Below are positions 49,454 to 61,503 of a stretch of DNA of 64,000 bases, piece after piece. Both the position numbers and the translations under genes were made by a program. The DNA comes from Leucoraja erinacea (taxonomy: Eukaryota). The notes beneath the pieces were generated by a model. The model ran no database searches, had not been told where the DNA came from, and saw nothing but the letters and a program-made list of their open reading frames with translations. Each line of letters begins with the position of its first letter. Position 1 is the stretch's first letter. The DNA lies in contig NC_073381.1 of NCBI RefSeq assembly GCF_028641065.1, forward strand, positions 56,296,001 to 56,360,000, given 5' to 3'.

Positions 49454-51903
49454 CAACATACAGTAGATTTTAACTAAATTAGTCCCTGGTGAGATAATCA
49501 GTACCCCGTTCCGGCTTTTTCCCCACATCCCTTGATTTCCTTAGCCCTAAGAGTTAAATCTAACTCTCTTATTGCCAAGACATGGCTGTGTCGGAGACTT
49601 GCTTCGATAACAGGTCCACTGCATTGCAGGAGCTGATAATGTCACAACGTGATTGTGTTGAGTAAAGCTGACAAGAGCTGCAGTATTTTCTATCTGCTTT
49701 ACATTAACAACAGACACATTCATTTGATTTGGTAAGAATAATCCACTTGTTGGTGATGACGTGTAAACTAAAACAAACCATACTTTGAATGTGACCATAA
49801 TTATTCACGCAAAAGGCTTTGAGTAAATTGTTAGAAAACTGCATGTATCAGCTGCATATCCCCAGGCATCCGTTTACATGCTTGCACCTCTGCACAAGTT
49901 ATGAGCAAGTGAGAGGAGGGGAGTGGTGGGGGTGAATGGAATGTCTGTGAAGATGAGAAGACCAATTCTCCAACACTCCTTCCAGTGGGATTGAGGTTTT
50001 CTTTAGTTTAGCCTTTGAACTATTATTTATGTGGAATTTAATACCTGGGCAGCTTTTTATTGCTAAAGGAGTGGTGTTATTTGTCTGCCTGGAAGTTTAA
50101 CCTTGCTTTCAATATTACTGTATGAAGGTCGGGCAAGGAGGAAGGGGTCATGTGGCAGTAGTCCATTCTTACACTTTGCAATGGTTTACAAGGCAACATT
50201 ATTACATCAAAAAGCCAGCAGTCCATGCTGTGCACTTTCATTGTGTATATAGGGCAAGTGGGAGAAAAACAAATTAAACTGGGACTGGATATAGCAGGCG
50301 CCTGCTCTTCCTTGCAGCTGCTGGCGAGCTTTATTTGGGTTATCAAGCAGAGGAGTGGGCTGGTTTTGGCTGAAAGTCATATAAACCTATCAAAGCTGGT
50401 GTAAGGTGACCCAGGAGATACGTTCTGAAATGCATAAGCAGTCTTCTGTGAGAAGAGAAAGCAAATGTTTGCTGATTTTGGAAGGGTTTTAATTGCAGGA
50501 TGGATCCAGAAATTTGCAAGTTTACTTTAAAATGCAATTGTTGCCTTTTATGCAGGTTAGGATGGGGTGGTGGGACAGGAGGTGTGGAGGAGGTAGGATG
50601 GAAGAGGTACATTGATGGATAAGTCATCTACAGGTTTTCTGAAGCTGACATATTCTGCCTGGATTCCCAGCATCTTCAGTTCAGTTCCAGCCTCAACACT
50701 TCCTTGTTTCTACTGAGGCAGGTAGTGTGCCTGGGCAGCTCTGCAGACATTAATGGCTGTATAATGTTTACATCCCAGAGGAAGCACAGTCTGACACCAA
50801 CCACAGACTGGGCAACCTGAATACTGTCCAGAACAGAAGAGTCCTATCCAATGCCTCCATTGATGCTGCCTGACCCATTGGTTATTCTAGCACTTGGTGT
50901 TTTGCTTAAGATTCCAACTTCAGCAGTTCCTTATGCCTCCTTACTTGTTTTATAGGACTCTGAGGAGAACATTCTTCATCCTGTATTTACATGTATTGTA
51001 AATCTCAAGCTTCACCTTAGAAAGCCTCTGCTTCTTTTCAAGTTGCTCTATTGAACGGATATGCCGACAGAAGTCAAGGCCACCGGCAGGAACAGCCACC
51101 TTAAACCAGGAGAAATCTTAAACCTAGATTGACTAATGATTTCTAGTCCCTTTCTGCCACGGCCAAGCTAACACTCTCCCTTGTTCATACAAGGAACCAG
51201 TTTGAAACAGTGGAAAATATTGACCAGTTGGAAACTGCTAAAAGGAGAAAAAATGGTTTGAATTTCAAAGTGAGTGCTCAAGATTAATTAGCTTCCTACC
51301 TTGGCCACTGGCAATGTCAGAGATATGCATCTTTATTAAGTTGCTGGCCACCATTTGTTTCTCATGGTTAAGGAATGCCCTGCCTCCTTGCTGATCACCT
51401 GCTCTACCCCCCTACTCTATCAATCAATCGAACGTTTTCTAATGTGCAATATTAAATTTGTCAAATTGATTTTCTTTTAACACTTCCATGGCTGTCTCTA
51501 ATTATCCCACACTGTTATACATAATCCCAATTAATTCACAAATTTGCGATCTAAGAAGACCAATTTTAGTTTACCCCAGTAAATGAAAATAAAAAAATCT
51601 GCAGATGCCGAAAATTTTAAACAAAAAATGCTTGAATAGTTCAACGTTGGGGCGGCATGGTGGTGCAGAGATAGAGTTGCTGCCTTACAACGCCAGAGAA
51701 CCGGGTTCGATCCTGACTATGGGTGCTGTCTGTACAGAGTCTGTACGTTCTTCCTGTGACCTGTATGGGTTTTCTCCGAGATCTTTGGTTTCCACCTACA
51801 CTCCAAAGGCGTACACGCTTGTAGGTTAATTGGCTTGTTATAAATGTAAAACTTGTCCTTGGTGTAGGATAGTGTTAATGTGCAGGGATTGCTGGTTAGT
51901 GGG

Positions 51904-52118
51904 TGTAGAGGAGTTAAGTCTGACACACTGTAACTTTACTGAGTCTTTAATAAAGGCACATGTCAAACACGTCCCAGTACTGACTGCATCTAGTCTTCAG
52001 GCATACTGGAACCAAGGGAGGAGCAAGGGGAAGATATCACAGTTATACTGAGATGACTGGGCGTGGTTAGTGGTATTGAGGTAGCTACATTATAGGTTGC
52101 ATGCATAAACCATCTACA
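51904..52118 (-). repeat. 3' LTR
   Basis: Preceded on the minus strand by the polypurine tract. Confidence 0.95.
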
Positions 52119-52129
52119 TCCTTTCCCTT
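52119..52129 (-). promoter_or_regulatory. Polypurine tract
   Basis: AAGGGAAAGGA directly abuts the 3' LTR. Confidence 0.85.
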
Positions 52130-52189
52130 AGAAATCTAAAATTGAAGTTATAACAGTGGCAGTGTGATTATACAACACATGCAAATTTA

Positions 52190-55128
52190 AACGAAATCAC
52201 CATAGCGGACAGGAGGTTTGACAACCCGACCCGAGCGTGTGCTTATAGCACCATCACCCTCCCCACCAGATGGAAGAGGAGGCGGAGCAGTAGCAGCCGG
52301 GAAGGAGAAAGTCGGCGGAGACCCAACCGGGAATGCGGGAGGTGACCCAACCGGCACAGGTGATCCAGGAGGAGGAGACGGGGAGGAGAAGGAGAACGAG
52401 CAGGGGAGGAGATCATCTGCCCGAAACCAGGAAGCGCAGAGGGAGGAGAACGTGGCAAGCGAACTGACCGGGGCATGCAGGGAGCTGCGGGGTAATTAGT
52501 AATGACAGGCTTGAAACGCAACGGAGGAGCGTAGGGATCCGCAGGAGGAGGCAGAGGCTCGTTAACGGCCAACAGGTGCTGGCGGCTCCGGCAGTAGACA
52601 GTTCCATCAAAGTCCACCAGGTAAGATCTCGGGGAATCGTCCACACCAACAACGGTTGCGAGTCGGGAGAATCCGGTGGCTGTCTGCATGCGGACGACCT
52701 GGCCAGGCAGTAGTGGTGAGAGCGGGCAGCAGGACTTGTCGTGAGAGCGGTGCTGTACCTCATGCTTGTGGGCAATGCGTTGCTGAACGGCGGCAGGCTG
52801 GAGGACCTTGGGCACCAGGGATTGTTGGGCGATCGGCATCGGTGGGCGAAGCACACGGGACATCAGACGTTGGGCAGGGGATCGCATGGTTGGGTCCCGT
52901 GAGATGTTGCAAAGGTTTAGTAGACCCAGGTAGAAGTCACCATTGGAGAGACGAGGCTGCTCGAGCAAATTCTTGGCACTGCGGACAGCACGCTCAGCCA
53001 GGCCGTTGCTCTGCGGGTATTCGGGGCTGCTGGTATAGTGAATGAAGTTCCACTTCACAGCGAAAGCCTGGAATTCTGCACTGCGCAGCTTGCTGATAAC
53101 CATTTCAGAAGTGATAGCAGGGAGAAGGTCCACCTCGAACCAGTTGGAGTATGAATCAACCAACACCAGGTAGTGCTTGCCTCGCCATTCGAATATGTCA
53201 GCAGCCAGCGAGGTCCAGGGCATGGCAGGCGCAGGCTGCTGCAGAAGTGGCTGGCGCTGCTGACGTGGGGGCAAGAGTGTTGCAATCAGGACAGGAGGCT
53301 ACTCGGGCTTTAATGTATTTTAATGCCAATAGTATTGTTCCTGGGCATGTGAGACGGTGGCATCGGCTCTGGGATGCCCCATGTGGGCAGCGTTGTAGTA
53401 CAAAGTCGTATAGGGAGGCAGGGACGACCACCTTGTGATCCTTGATGATGATGCCGTCCCGGAGCACAAGCTCGTCGCGGACCAGAAAGAAAGTGTGGGC
53501 GCCCACAGGCAGTGAGGAGCGTCTGCTGGGCCACCCCCGCTGGATGACAGCTGCGAGCTGTTGCAGGTCGGGGTCGTTGGCGGTGTGCTCAACCAGGCAC
53601 TGCAGCTGCTTAGAGGGAACAAAGTTGACATTGAGTACCTGCAGATCCTCCTGCTCGTAGGTGTGCCTGTCACAGGAGGAGCAGGGGGGCCCGGGACAGC
53701 GCGTCGGCCACGTGCATCTCGGTGCCCCTCTTGTACACGATCAGAAAGTCGAACCGCTGGAGCTGTAGCATCATGCGCTGGAGTCTGGCTGGAGCGATGT
53801 GGATGGGCTTATTGAGGATGGTCACCAAGGGTTGATGATCCGTCTCGACGGTGAACCTGGTACCGAAAAGGAAGTCCTTGAACTTGGAGCAGGCGAATAC
53901 AACCGCAAGAAGCTCCTTCTCGATTTGTGCATAGCGCTGCTCAGTGTCTGTCATGGTACGCGAGGCATAAGAAATGGGCTGCAGCGAGCCGTCATCATGG
54001 AGTTGCAGGCAGGCAGCACCGAGTCCGAAGCGGGAAGCATCATACGTAACTACAATTGGATGTTGCAGATCGAAAAACTTGAGAGTCGGTGTGCTAATCA
54101 GCTTTGTTTTGAAAAGGTCGAAAGCCTGTTGGTGTTGGGGATGCGCTCAACTCGCTGAGGTCGGGGATGAACTTTCCCAAATATTTGTCCATGCCCAGGA
54201 AAAGCTGCAGGCTGGTCATGTCGGTCGGGGCAGGCAGCTCGGAGATAGCGTTGGTCTTCTGCGGATCAGGTTTCAGCCCGTGGGCTGTGAAGATGTGGCC
54301 AACATAGGGTACTTCAGCTACACGGAACTTGCACTTTGACGGGTTAAGTTTTAAGTTGATCTGGCGAGCGCGGTCTAGAATCCGTCGGAGGTTGTGGTCG
54401 TGCTCAGCAGCATCTTTCCCATAAACCAGGATGTCATCCACGATAATGGCACACGGCAGGCCTGCAAACAGTTGCTCCATGGAGCGTTGAAACACTTCGC
54501 TGGCAGAGTTGATGCCGAACGGCATCCGCAAAAATTTGAATCTTCCGAAGGGGGTGCCAAAAGTGGTTAAGTCTGAGGAGCATTTGTCTAGAGGTATTTG
54601 CCAGAATGAGCTCCTGGCATCAAGGACAGAGAACACCGTGGCCTGACCGACCTGGGCAGCAACATCTTCTACAGTCCTCATGGGGTAATGAGGACGTCTT
54701 ATTGCCAGATTTAAGTCTTTGGGGTTGATGCACACCCGTATCTCGCTCTTACCCTTCTTCATGGTGGCGACCATGGTGGAGACCCACTTGGTGGGTTCAC
54801 TGACAGCTTCAAGCACTCCCATGTCAACCATGTTCTTCAGCATTGCTTTGACCTTGCCTTCATGGACCACTGGTACAACCGACGGGTCAGTTGCGATCTT
54901 GTACACAAGGGGCAGCTTACCCAGTTCATCATCGAATAGGTCAGGGTACTCGGAGAGTGGATTCAGCATCACCCGCACTTCGTGGACAGTACGGTCAAAG
55001 GACACCAGCCCGAGATCCTGACATGCCTGATTGCTCAACACACACACAGTCACAGTCAAGAATGAAAAACGACAGGTCATGCGAAGATTTCTTCAGCACA
55101 CAGTGGAAGGTGGCCCTCCCCACAGGTT
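52190..55128 (-). pseudogene. pol: Gypsy pol (RT, RNase H, integrase), with several frameshifts and deletions
   Basis: RT: LDARSSFWQI, RMPFGI, IVDDILVYG. RNase H: YAQIEKELLAV, ETDHQPL, VADALSR. Integrase: PWTSLAADIF, LVDSYSNW, SSPEYPQSNGLAERAV. Confidence 0.92.
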
Positions 55129-56272
55129 TTAGCTCCTCTCCCCATAAGCACGCAATATGGAGCGATCAGCAGTTAACAGCTCATAATTCCTTATCTTCCT
55201 GAACAGGGATGTTGACATAACATTCACCTTCGCCCCCGTGTCCAGCTTAGCAGTGAAGGACTTGTTGTTGACAGTGACAAGCACAGAAGGATCGGGGAGG
55301 CGAGATTGATTATGAAGGAGAGAATAAACACTGGCATCTCCCATGGAAGTACTGGGCTCAGAGTCGAGGGCAGTGTCGACAGAAGACTGGGAACCAAATT
55401 CGTTATCAACTTGTTGAAGGTTGTTTAAAACTTGTCTGGGAGCTGGAGGAACGTTCCCACGGGAGCGACAGGCAGCTGAGAAATGGTTCATCTTCTTACA
55501 GAAATTACAAGCTTTACCAAATGCTGGGCACTGCGACTGCATAGAGTGGACATAATTGCAGTTGGGGCACTTCTTGACAAGCGGGACCCGAGCGGCATAA
55601 GTCAGCCGCGGTGCAGGGCGAACGTTGTCTTGCTTGCGACGGGGCATGGCAACACCAGTCAGATTAATAGCCTCAGATCACCTCTGCCCATGTAGCAGAT
55701 CCTCTCTGCCCATGTAGCGGGGCAACTACCTCAGCTATGCGGCATGCATGCATAGCCTCAGTCAGGGTGAGATCCGGTCTTCGCAGCAGCTCCACTCGTA
55801 TCTTCTGATCTAGCATGCCGGTGACCAAAATATCTCTGGTGAGCTGATCACGCATGTTCTCGAAACGGCACCGCTGAGCAAGGTAGCGCAGGTCAGTGAT
55901 AAAACATTCAACAGGTTCATCAGGCTGCTGTTTCCTTGAGAAGAATCTAGCCCGCTCCAACATACGGTTGGAGGGCAAGTCACAAATCTCCGCAAATTTG
56001 CGTAAGAGACATACCGGGTCGTTGGCAGATTCCGCCGGCTCGACTACCTGGTCGTTGTCATCCAGGACCGCTGGATTGTAAGTGAAAGCCTGAGCACACT
56101 TCATAGCATCGGGACCGGCAAGGTTCAGCAGGAGTGAGGCTTTGACTGCATCAGGGTCGTTTCGGTGCACGATGTTGATGAAGTGGTTGTAGTCCATCAC
56201 GAAAGTAGCCCATCGCTCCGCAATGTCAGCGTCAAAGACAAGGGGAGAGGGCTTGCGGCACGAGAATGCCAC
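55129..56272 (-). pseudogene. gag: Gypsy gag plus aspartic protease (frameshifted)
   Basis: Capsid-like ERARFFSRKQQPDEPVECFITDLRYLAQRCRF, two zinc knuckles (CPNCNYVH...C and CNFCKKMNHFSAAC), and protease LDTGA. Confidence 0.88.
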
Positions 56273-56322
56273 TAGTAAAACTAGGAGCAAATAAAATCTG
56301 ATAAACAGGAGGCGCACGTTTA

Positions 56323-56336
56323 ACTTACTGACACCA
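56323..56336 (-). promoter_or_regulatory. Primer-binding site, tRNA-Leu type
   Basis: TGGTGTCAGTAAGT immediately follows the 5' LTR. It is complementary to the tRNA-Leu(CAA) 3' end ...ACUUCUGACACCA apart from one extra base. Confidence 0.75.
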
Positions 56337-56551
56337 TGTAAAGGAGTTAAGTCTGACACATTGTAACTTTACTGAGTCTTTAATAAAGGCAAATGTCAAA
56401 CACGTCCCAGTACTGACTGCATCTAGTCTTCAGGCGTACTGGAACCAAGGGAGGAGCAAGGGGAAGATATCACAGTTATACTGAGATGACTGGGCGTGGT
56501 TAGTAGTATTGAGGTAGCTACATTATATGTTGCATGCATAAACCATCTACA
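56337..56551 (-). repeat. 5' LTR
   Basis: Direct repeat of 51904-52118. I count 6 substitutions and no indels. Confidence 0.95.
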
Positions 56552-56607
56552 GTGGGGATTCAGTGATCCAAAGGGTCTGTCTCCGCACTGTATCTCTAAA
56601 CCCTAAC

Positions 56608-56790
56608 ATCAGCCAGCATCTGTGGAAAGAGAAATTCAGTTATGTTTTATGACCCAGACCCTTCATCAGGACTGTTATTGAACTTTATTGATTCATTGAG
56701 TACTGATGAAGGATCTCAGACCTGAAACGTTAACTGTTTTTCTTTCCACTGTTGCTGTCTGACCTACTGATCTTTTCCAGCATTTTTTGT
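56608..56790. mobile_element. Fold-back unit of a second Penelope subfamily with a CTGATGA hammerhead core
   Basis: gacccttcatcag on the left arm. CTGATGA-AGGATCTCAGACCT-GAAAC-GTT at 56703-56731. Confidence 0.65.
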
Positions 56791-59131
56791 TTTTAATCCT
56801 ACCCACCCAGATTTCAGTCTCTCCGAAAAATGAAATTGACTCACTTTGTATCAGTGGACAACAGATACAAAGGGAGTAACTCACCAGCCATAATTCCCTA
56901 TACTGGAACTCCTGTACAAATGACCTACATTATGAAAATTTGACTTTATACAAATTTTCCTATCCACATTTAAAGCGTGTTTCAAGTTAGTAATAACAAT
57001 ATCAAAATGTTTAATGGTATTCATTAATAATTGGATACTCTACATATTTCATTAGTTTGATCATGGGTAGTGTTAGGGCAACTATTCTGAAATTAAAAAA
57101 TTGTTGCTAGTGTATATAAAGTGATATGATATGGGTAGCTTTAGTAAATGAACGTTTGTAACTAATGGAGCAATTAGTTTTTGGATAGTTTGCGGAAACA
57201 TAACCCTTATACAAGCCGCAGACTGCCTGTACCCATCTGACACTTGGTGTAATGGTCAGGCTATTCTCCTCTTTACTAGTGGGACCCTCTCTATGGTGGT
57301 AGAAGCTGCGGAGTATGGTCCAGGAAGTCCTTATCCTCTATAATACTGTTGCAGAATGAACTTGTTGACTGACTGGTGCAGAGACTTGACTTTCAGGCTT
57401 TTTGTGTTAAAATGTCATGTCTGGGTGACAGTCGATGTTGATGGCCTGCACGACATAAATGTTCACTTTGCTGCCTCTATATCTAAAACACAGCACCGCA
57501 ACAAGTGGCTTGCCGCAGGATAATCACATTGTTGATCATTTTGAACCTGTTAGGCAAATTGGCTCAGCCACCTCTGGGAGCAACTCACCGTGATGAAGCT
57601 GATAGCTCTCTGGCTTCAGTGAAGCCACAAATTTTCTCCACTTTTGGTATAAAAAGTGGGTTTAGTTTCACTGAGTTCAGTAAAACTAAACCCACTGATG
57701 TTTCAATTCATGTCTCTTCAAAGGGTCATTCCGTTGATATCTGGAACTGACTGGGCAACTTTAGACCAGGAAGTAGGGAGTACTTTCTCCAGAGTTTAGC
57801 TGGGGTTAGTGAACAAGGTCCTGAAGTGGGTGATCAGTTATGACTGTGTTGAATGGTGGATCAGGCCTGAAGAAGGGAATAGCCTACTTTTGCTCCTAGT
57901 TTTTATGAGGTGTTCATGTCATATCTCCGTGGTGACTCCACAGTCGGCACTTGTGGTGTCAGCGTGGAAAACTGCAAGTCATTAGCCAGAAGTGTGATGG
58001 AATGCTCTCCATTTACCTCAGCAAATGCAATGCATTTTGTAGAATGCGCATGTAGATTCTCACACCTGAAGGAGAACCAGCCAGGTCCCTCCAGTGTTTT
58101 GAGTCTCCTGACAAACACAGGCTCCATGCTGCTATTAATATCATCACTAAGGATGCAAGACTTCTTCTGTTACATTTGGAGACTTGTCTCCCTCTACTCT
58201 GCAGCCCCCTCTCCCCAGCTAGGACAATGAGAGCATATGATGTTGTGGGTGTCATTAAGTGTTGGCAATTTCTTAGATTGGTGCACAGCAATTTGTCTGA
58301 AGCTACAATCAAGAAGCCCGATCCCACCAAGAATGCACAGGTCCCATTTAGTACTTGGGTCTGAGTGTAAACCACCCTACTACATGTTTCTGGCCAACTT
58401 AGTAAATATTTGCAGATTATCCAATTGGGTGTTGATACTGGTACACAGCACCTGCTGAATGAAATAGTAAAAAATGAAATTCAACTTTAACAACGAGATA
58501 AAACTCACATGAGCTCCAAACTATTATGAGAAACAAGCTCTGTTATTCAAATTACATTGATATCGTGCCTCCTTTGCAAAGGCAACTGCAGAAAAAGAAG
58601 CAGAAATATCATTTCCCTAAACAATTACAATAGTTTATCACTGCCTCAGAGTCTTTGTCCAACCAACTACCTGTTGAAACAAACCCACTGATGATTTTAA
58701 TTGAGGTCCATGACTTGGCTAGAAATGAATGACAATAGGGTGGGTGGGTTGGCTGATACGGTGGGTTCACTGTGGCATAGGCTACTTTTGTATGTTTTCT
58801 TTAAATGCAGCTGCATTTAGTTCTTGTGAGGTTAGTATGAAACAATAAATCTATTGCATTGTTTGAACATGAAACTATTAGTCCATTTGATGGTGTCATT
58901 GTGCCCTTTATTACATGTATGGCACAGTGTGCTGGCTGCAATATCAGTCACTGCAATACCCAAGATTGTTTCATGTTCAACATCCTGTCTCACGATCGAC
59001 AAAGTCCTTAAAAGTGTAATTGATTGTGACAATAAAATCCCTCAAAGCAATAAATCTACCCTTACTGTTTAATTAATTTGGAACTCAAATGTGCATTCAA
59101 CAGATCTTAAAAGCAAGAAATAATGAGCACA

Positions 59132-60250
59132 TCTATATATCTATCTATCTATACATAGTGTAACTAAAACTCTCATCTTGTTATCTTCCGGTTTGCTTTG
59201 TTTTTACATTTGCGCAAAAATGGTACAAGATAGCGCTACGATTTTTTGCCACCTTACTCACCATTCACCAAAAATGTAAAAACTGCGCATGCGCAGATTG
59301 GTCTCCTCTCCTGTCAGTCACTACCGGGATGACTACGTCCCTTCCTGCGCCATCGCCGCACTGACTGGCCGCGTCCACTGTCAGTCACCGGCGGCGCGGC
59401 TTCCGGTCGGCGCGGCTTCCGGTCGGCACGGCCTCTGGTCGTCATGACCTCCCGTCGACACAGGCCCCCCATTGGCGCGGTCTCTGGTCAAGGCAACCTC
59501 CGGTCAGATGCGGTAACCTCCTGGGGAGGGGAGGAGGGACAGTGGGGAAATTGAGGGAGAGGTGAGGGAGAAGGGGGAAAGTGGGGGAAGGTGAGAAGGG
59601 AGACTGGGGGGATGAGGGAGAAAAAGGGGTAGGGAGGGGGGGGGAAAGGGGGGAGGAGGGGGTATATAGAGGGAGAGGAGGGGGTAGGGAGGGGAGAGGA
59701 GTTATGGAGGGAGGGAGATAGTGACTGAGGGTAGGGGAAAGGAGAGGTGAGGGAGGGGTTTGGGAGGGTAGGAGGAGAGGAGAAAAAAGAGGGAGGAGGT
59801 GAGAAGGGAGATTGGTGAGGAGGGGGAATAGTGGGAGAGGAGGGGGATAGTGGGGGAGGTAGGGAGTGGGGAATAGTGGGAGAGGAGGGCAGTGGGGGAG
59901 GTGTGGAGGGATAGTGGGGGGATATGGGGAGGTGAGGAGTGGGGGATAGAGGAATAGGAGGGGGAAGGAAGGGGAGAGGAGTTATGGAAGGAGGGATGGA
60001 GTGACTGAGGGGAGGGGAAAGGAGAGGGAGGGAGAGGTGAGGGAGGGATTGGGAAGGGGAGCGGGAGAGGGGAAAGAAGAGGGAGGGTAAAGGGGAGGGC
60101 GAGAGAGTGCTGGAGATGAGGGGAAATGAGCCGCGCCTGCTCAGTTGGGGGCTATGGGTGAATGGTGGAATGTTGCGTTGGGGGAACGGGTTGCGTTGGG
60201 GGACCAGGCCTCCCATGTGACAGGGACCCAATGGGTCCCACTTAGTCTAG
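59132..60250 (+). mobile_element. Non-autonomous Helitron, unit 1
   Basis: Starts A|TCTAT. Ends with the hairpin GGGACCCAATGGGTCCC followed by ACTTAGTCTAG|T. Confidence 0.82.
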
Positions 60251-60256
60251 TATATC

Positions 60257-60316
<60 letters not shown>

Positions 60317-60904
60317 CTAAATCTCTGATCTTGACCGCTTTTGGCCGACTGTGCCGTGATCTCCGAGAGAACGCCGCCACCTACAGCCGTCATTTTTGGC
60401 CACCTCGCTCAGAGCCCCTCTCCGCCGTAGAATTACGGAGGATTTTTTCCGTCGATGAAAAATGAGAGAGATATTAATCTTTTTACAAAATTCCCCATTC
60501 TCTCTGCTGCCCCCGCTGGCGGCAGGGGTGTGACTATAAAACCAGGAAGTGTCATGCCTCACTCAGTCTCTGCCAGACCAGGAAGCGAGAAGGTCACGGC
60601 TCTGAGCTGCGAATAACACTGAACGCATGTCTACTCCACGGTGAGAATCCTCGATGCGGCTGTAAAGTGGCAGCAGCCCTTTTTACCAAGTTTGTGTTCA
60701 CGAAATGAATTTTGGTTGTCGGGTGACTGCGGCCCAATTGTTTGCCTCACCTTTTTTAACAAGTTTGTGTTCACAAAATGAATTTTGGTTGTCGGGTGTC
60801 TGCAGCCCAATTGTTTGCCTCGCCTTTTTTTAACAAGTTTGTGTTCCCAAAATGAATTTTGATTGTCGGGTGTCTGCAGCCCAAATGGGTACCACTTAGT
60901 CTAG
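60251..60904 (+). mobile_element. Non-autonomous Helitron, unit 2, with (TATC)n and three repeats of about 73 bp
   Basis: 5' actaaatctctgatcttg. Repeats start at 60688, 60761 and 60835. Ends ATGGGTACCACTTAGTCTAG|T. Confidence 0.78.
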
Positions 60905-61503
60905 TACATAACTGAAACTCTGTTGTGCAAAAACTGTTTGCAATAGCGCTGCGTTTTTGGGCAGTTCACTCACCGTTCTCCTGCTCTGCGATTACACCAA
61001 GTTTCTTTCCTATCGGTAGACTGTCGTAATAGTTAGTGAGGTTTAAAAATCTTAAAAACCGTGCATACGCAGATCGATCTCTTCTCCTGCCAGTGAGCTC
61101 CGCGTCTTTGCTGGAGCTGAGGATGGCCGACAGAGGTTTCCAGCCCAGCCCAGCCCAGAATCGGAGATGTCGCTGATGTTGACAAACAGAAAGCAGAGAC
61201 TCTGATCCCTGCGGAGGAGAACGAGCAGTGACCAGTGCCTGCTGTGAGTCCCCATCACATTGCCAATTCCAACTACTACCCCTCTGGTCCCCCTCGTCGC
61301 TCGCTCCTCCCCCCTCCCCCATGATACCCCTCCCCCATGGCTATTTCCCCGTCTTTTCTCTGAGAGCTCCCCCCAGCCTCCCCCACACCACACACCTCTT
61401 TCCCCCCACAACTCCCCCCCTTTCCCCCCACAAACCCCCCTTCCCCTATAACCCCTCCCCCCCCCCCCCCCCCCACCACCCACACCAGTCCCACTTAGTC
61501 TAG
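60905..61503 (+). mobile_element. Non-autonomous Helitron, unit 3
   Basis: 5' taactgaaactctg. The 5' region is homologous to unit 1. Ends GTCCCACTTAGTCTAG|T. Confidence 0.75.

Larger units (their letters stand above)
51904..56551 (-). mobile_element. Ty3/Gypsy LTR retrotransposon (Mag-like), structurally complete with decayed ORFs
   Basis: Two 215-bp LTRs with TG...CA ends and a GTGGG TSD (51899-51903, 56552-56556). Domain order is gag-PR-RT-RH-IN on the minus strand. Confidence 0.95.
51649..56602 (+). mobile_element. HE1/V-SINE-like SINE interrupted by the Gypsy provirus
   Basis: tRNA-like head with an A box (tggtgcagagatag) and a B box (ggttcgatcc). The core runs to 51903 and the tail resumes at 56552 (…aagggtctgtctccgcactgtatctctaaac). 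Confidence 0.85.

Noticed and set aside
51649-51720. tRNA gene (A and B boxes)
   Set aside because: It is the tRNA-derived head of a SINE, continuous with the SINE core, and no complete cloverleaf is evident.
57910-58230. 106-aa ORF as a host exon
   Set aside because: KSLARSVMECSPF resembles the KAQVRSVMEYSPL motif of old LINE ORF2 C-termini, so it is treated as a decayed repeat.
60688-60890. Regularly spaced repeats resembling a CRISPR array
   Set aside because: They are whole-unit tandem repeats of about 73 bp with no unique spacers, in a eukaryotic context with no cas genes.
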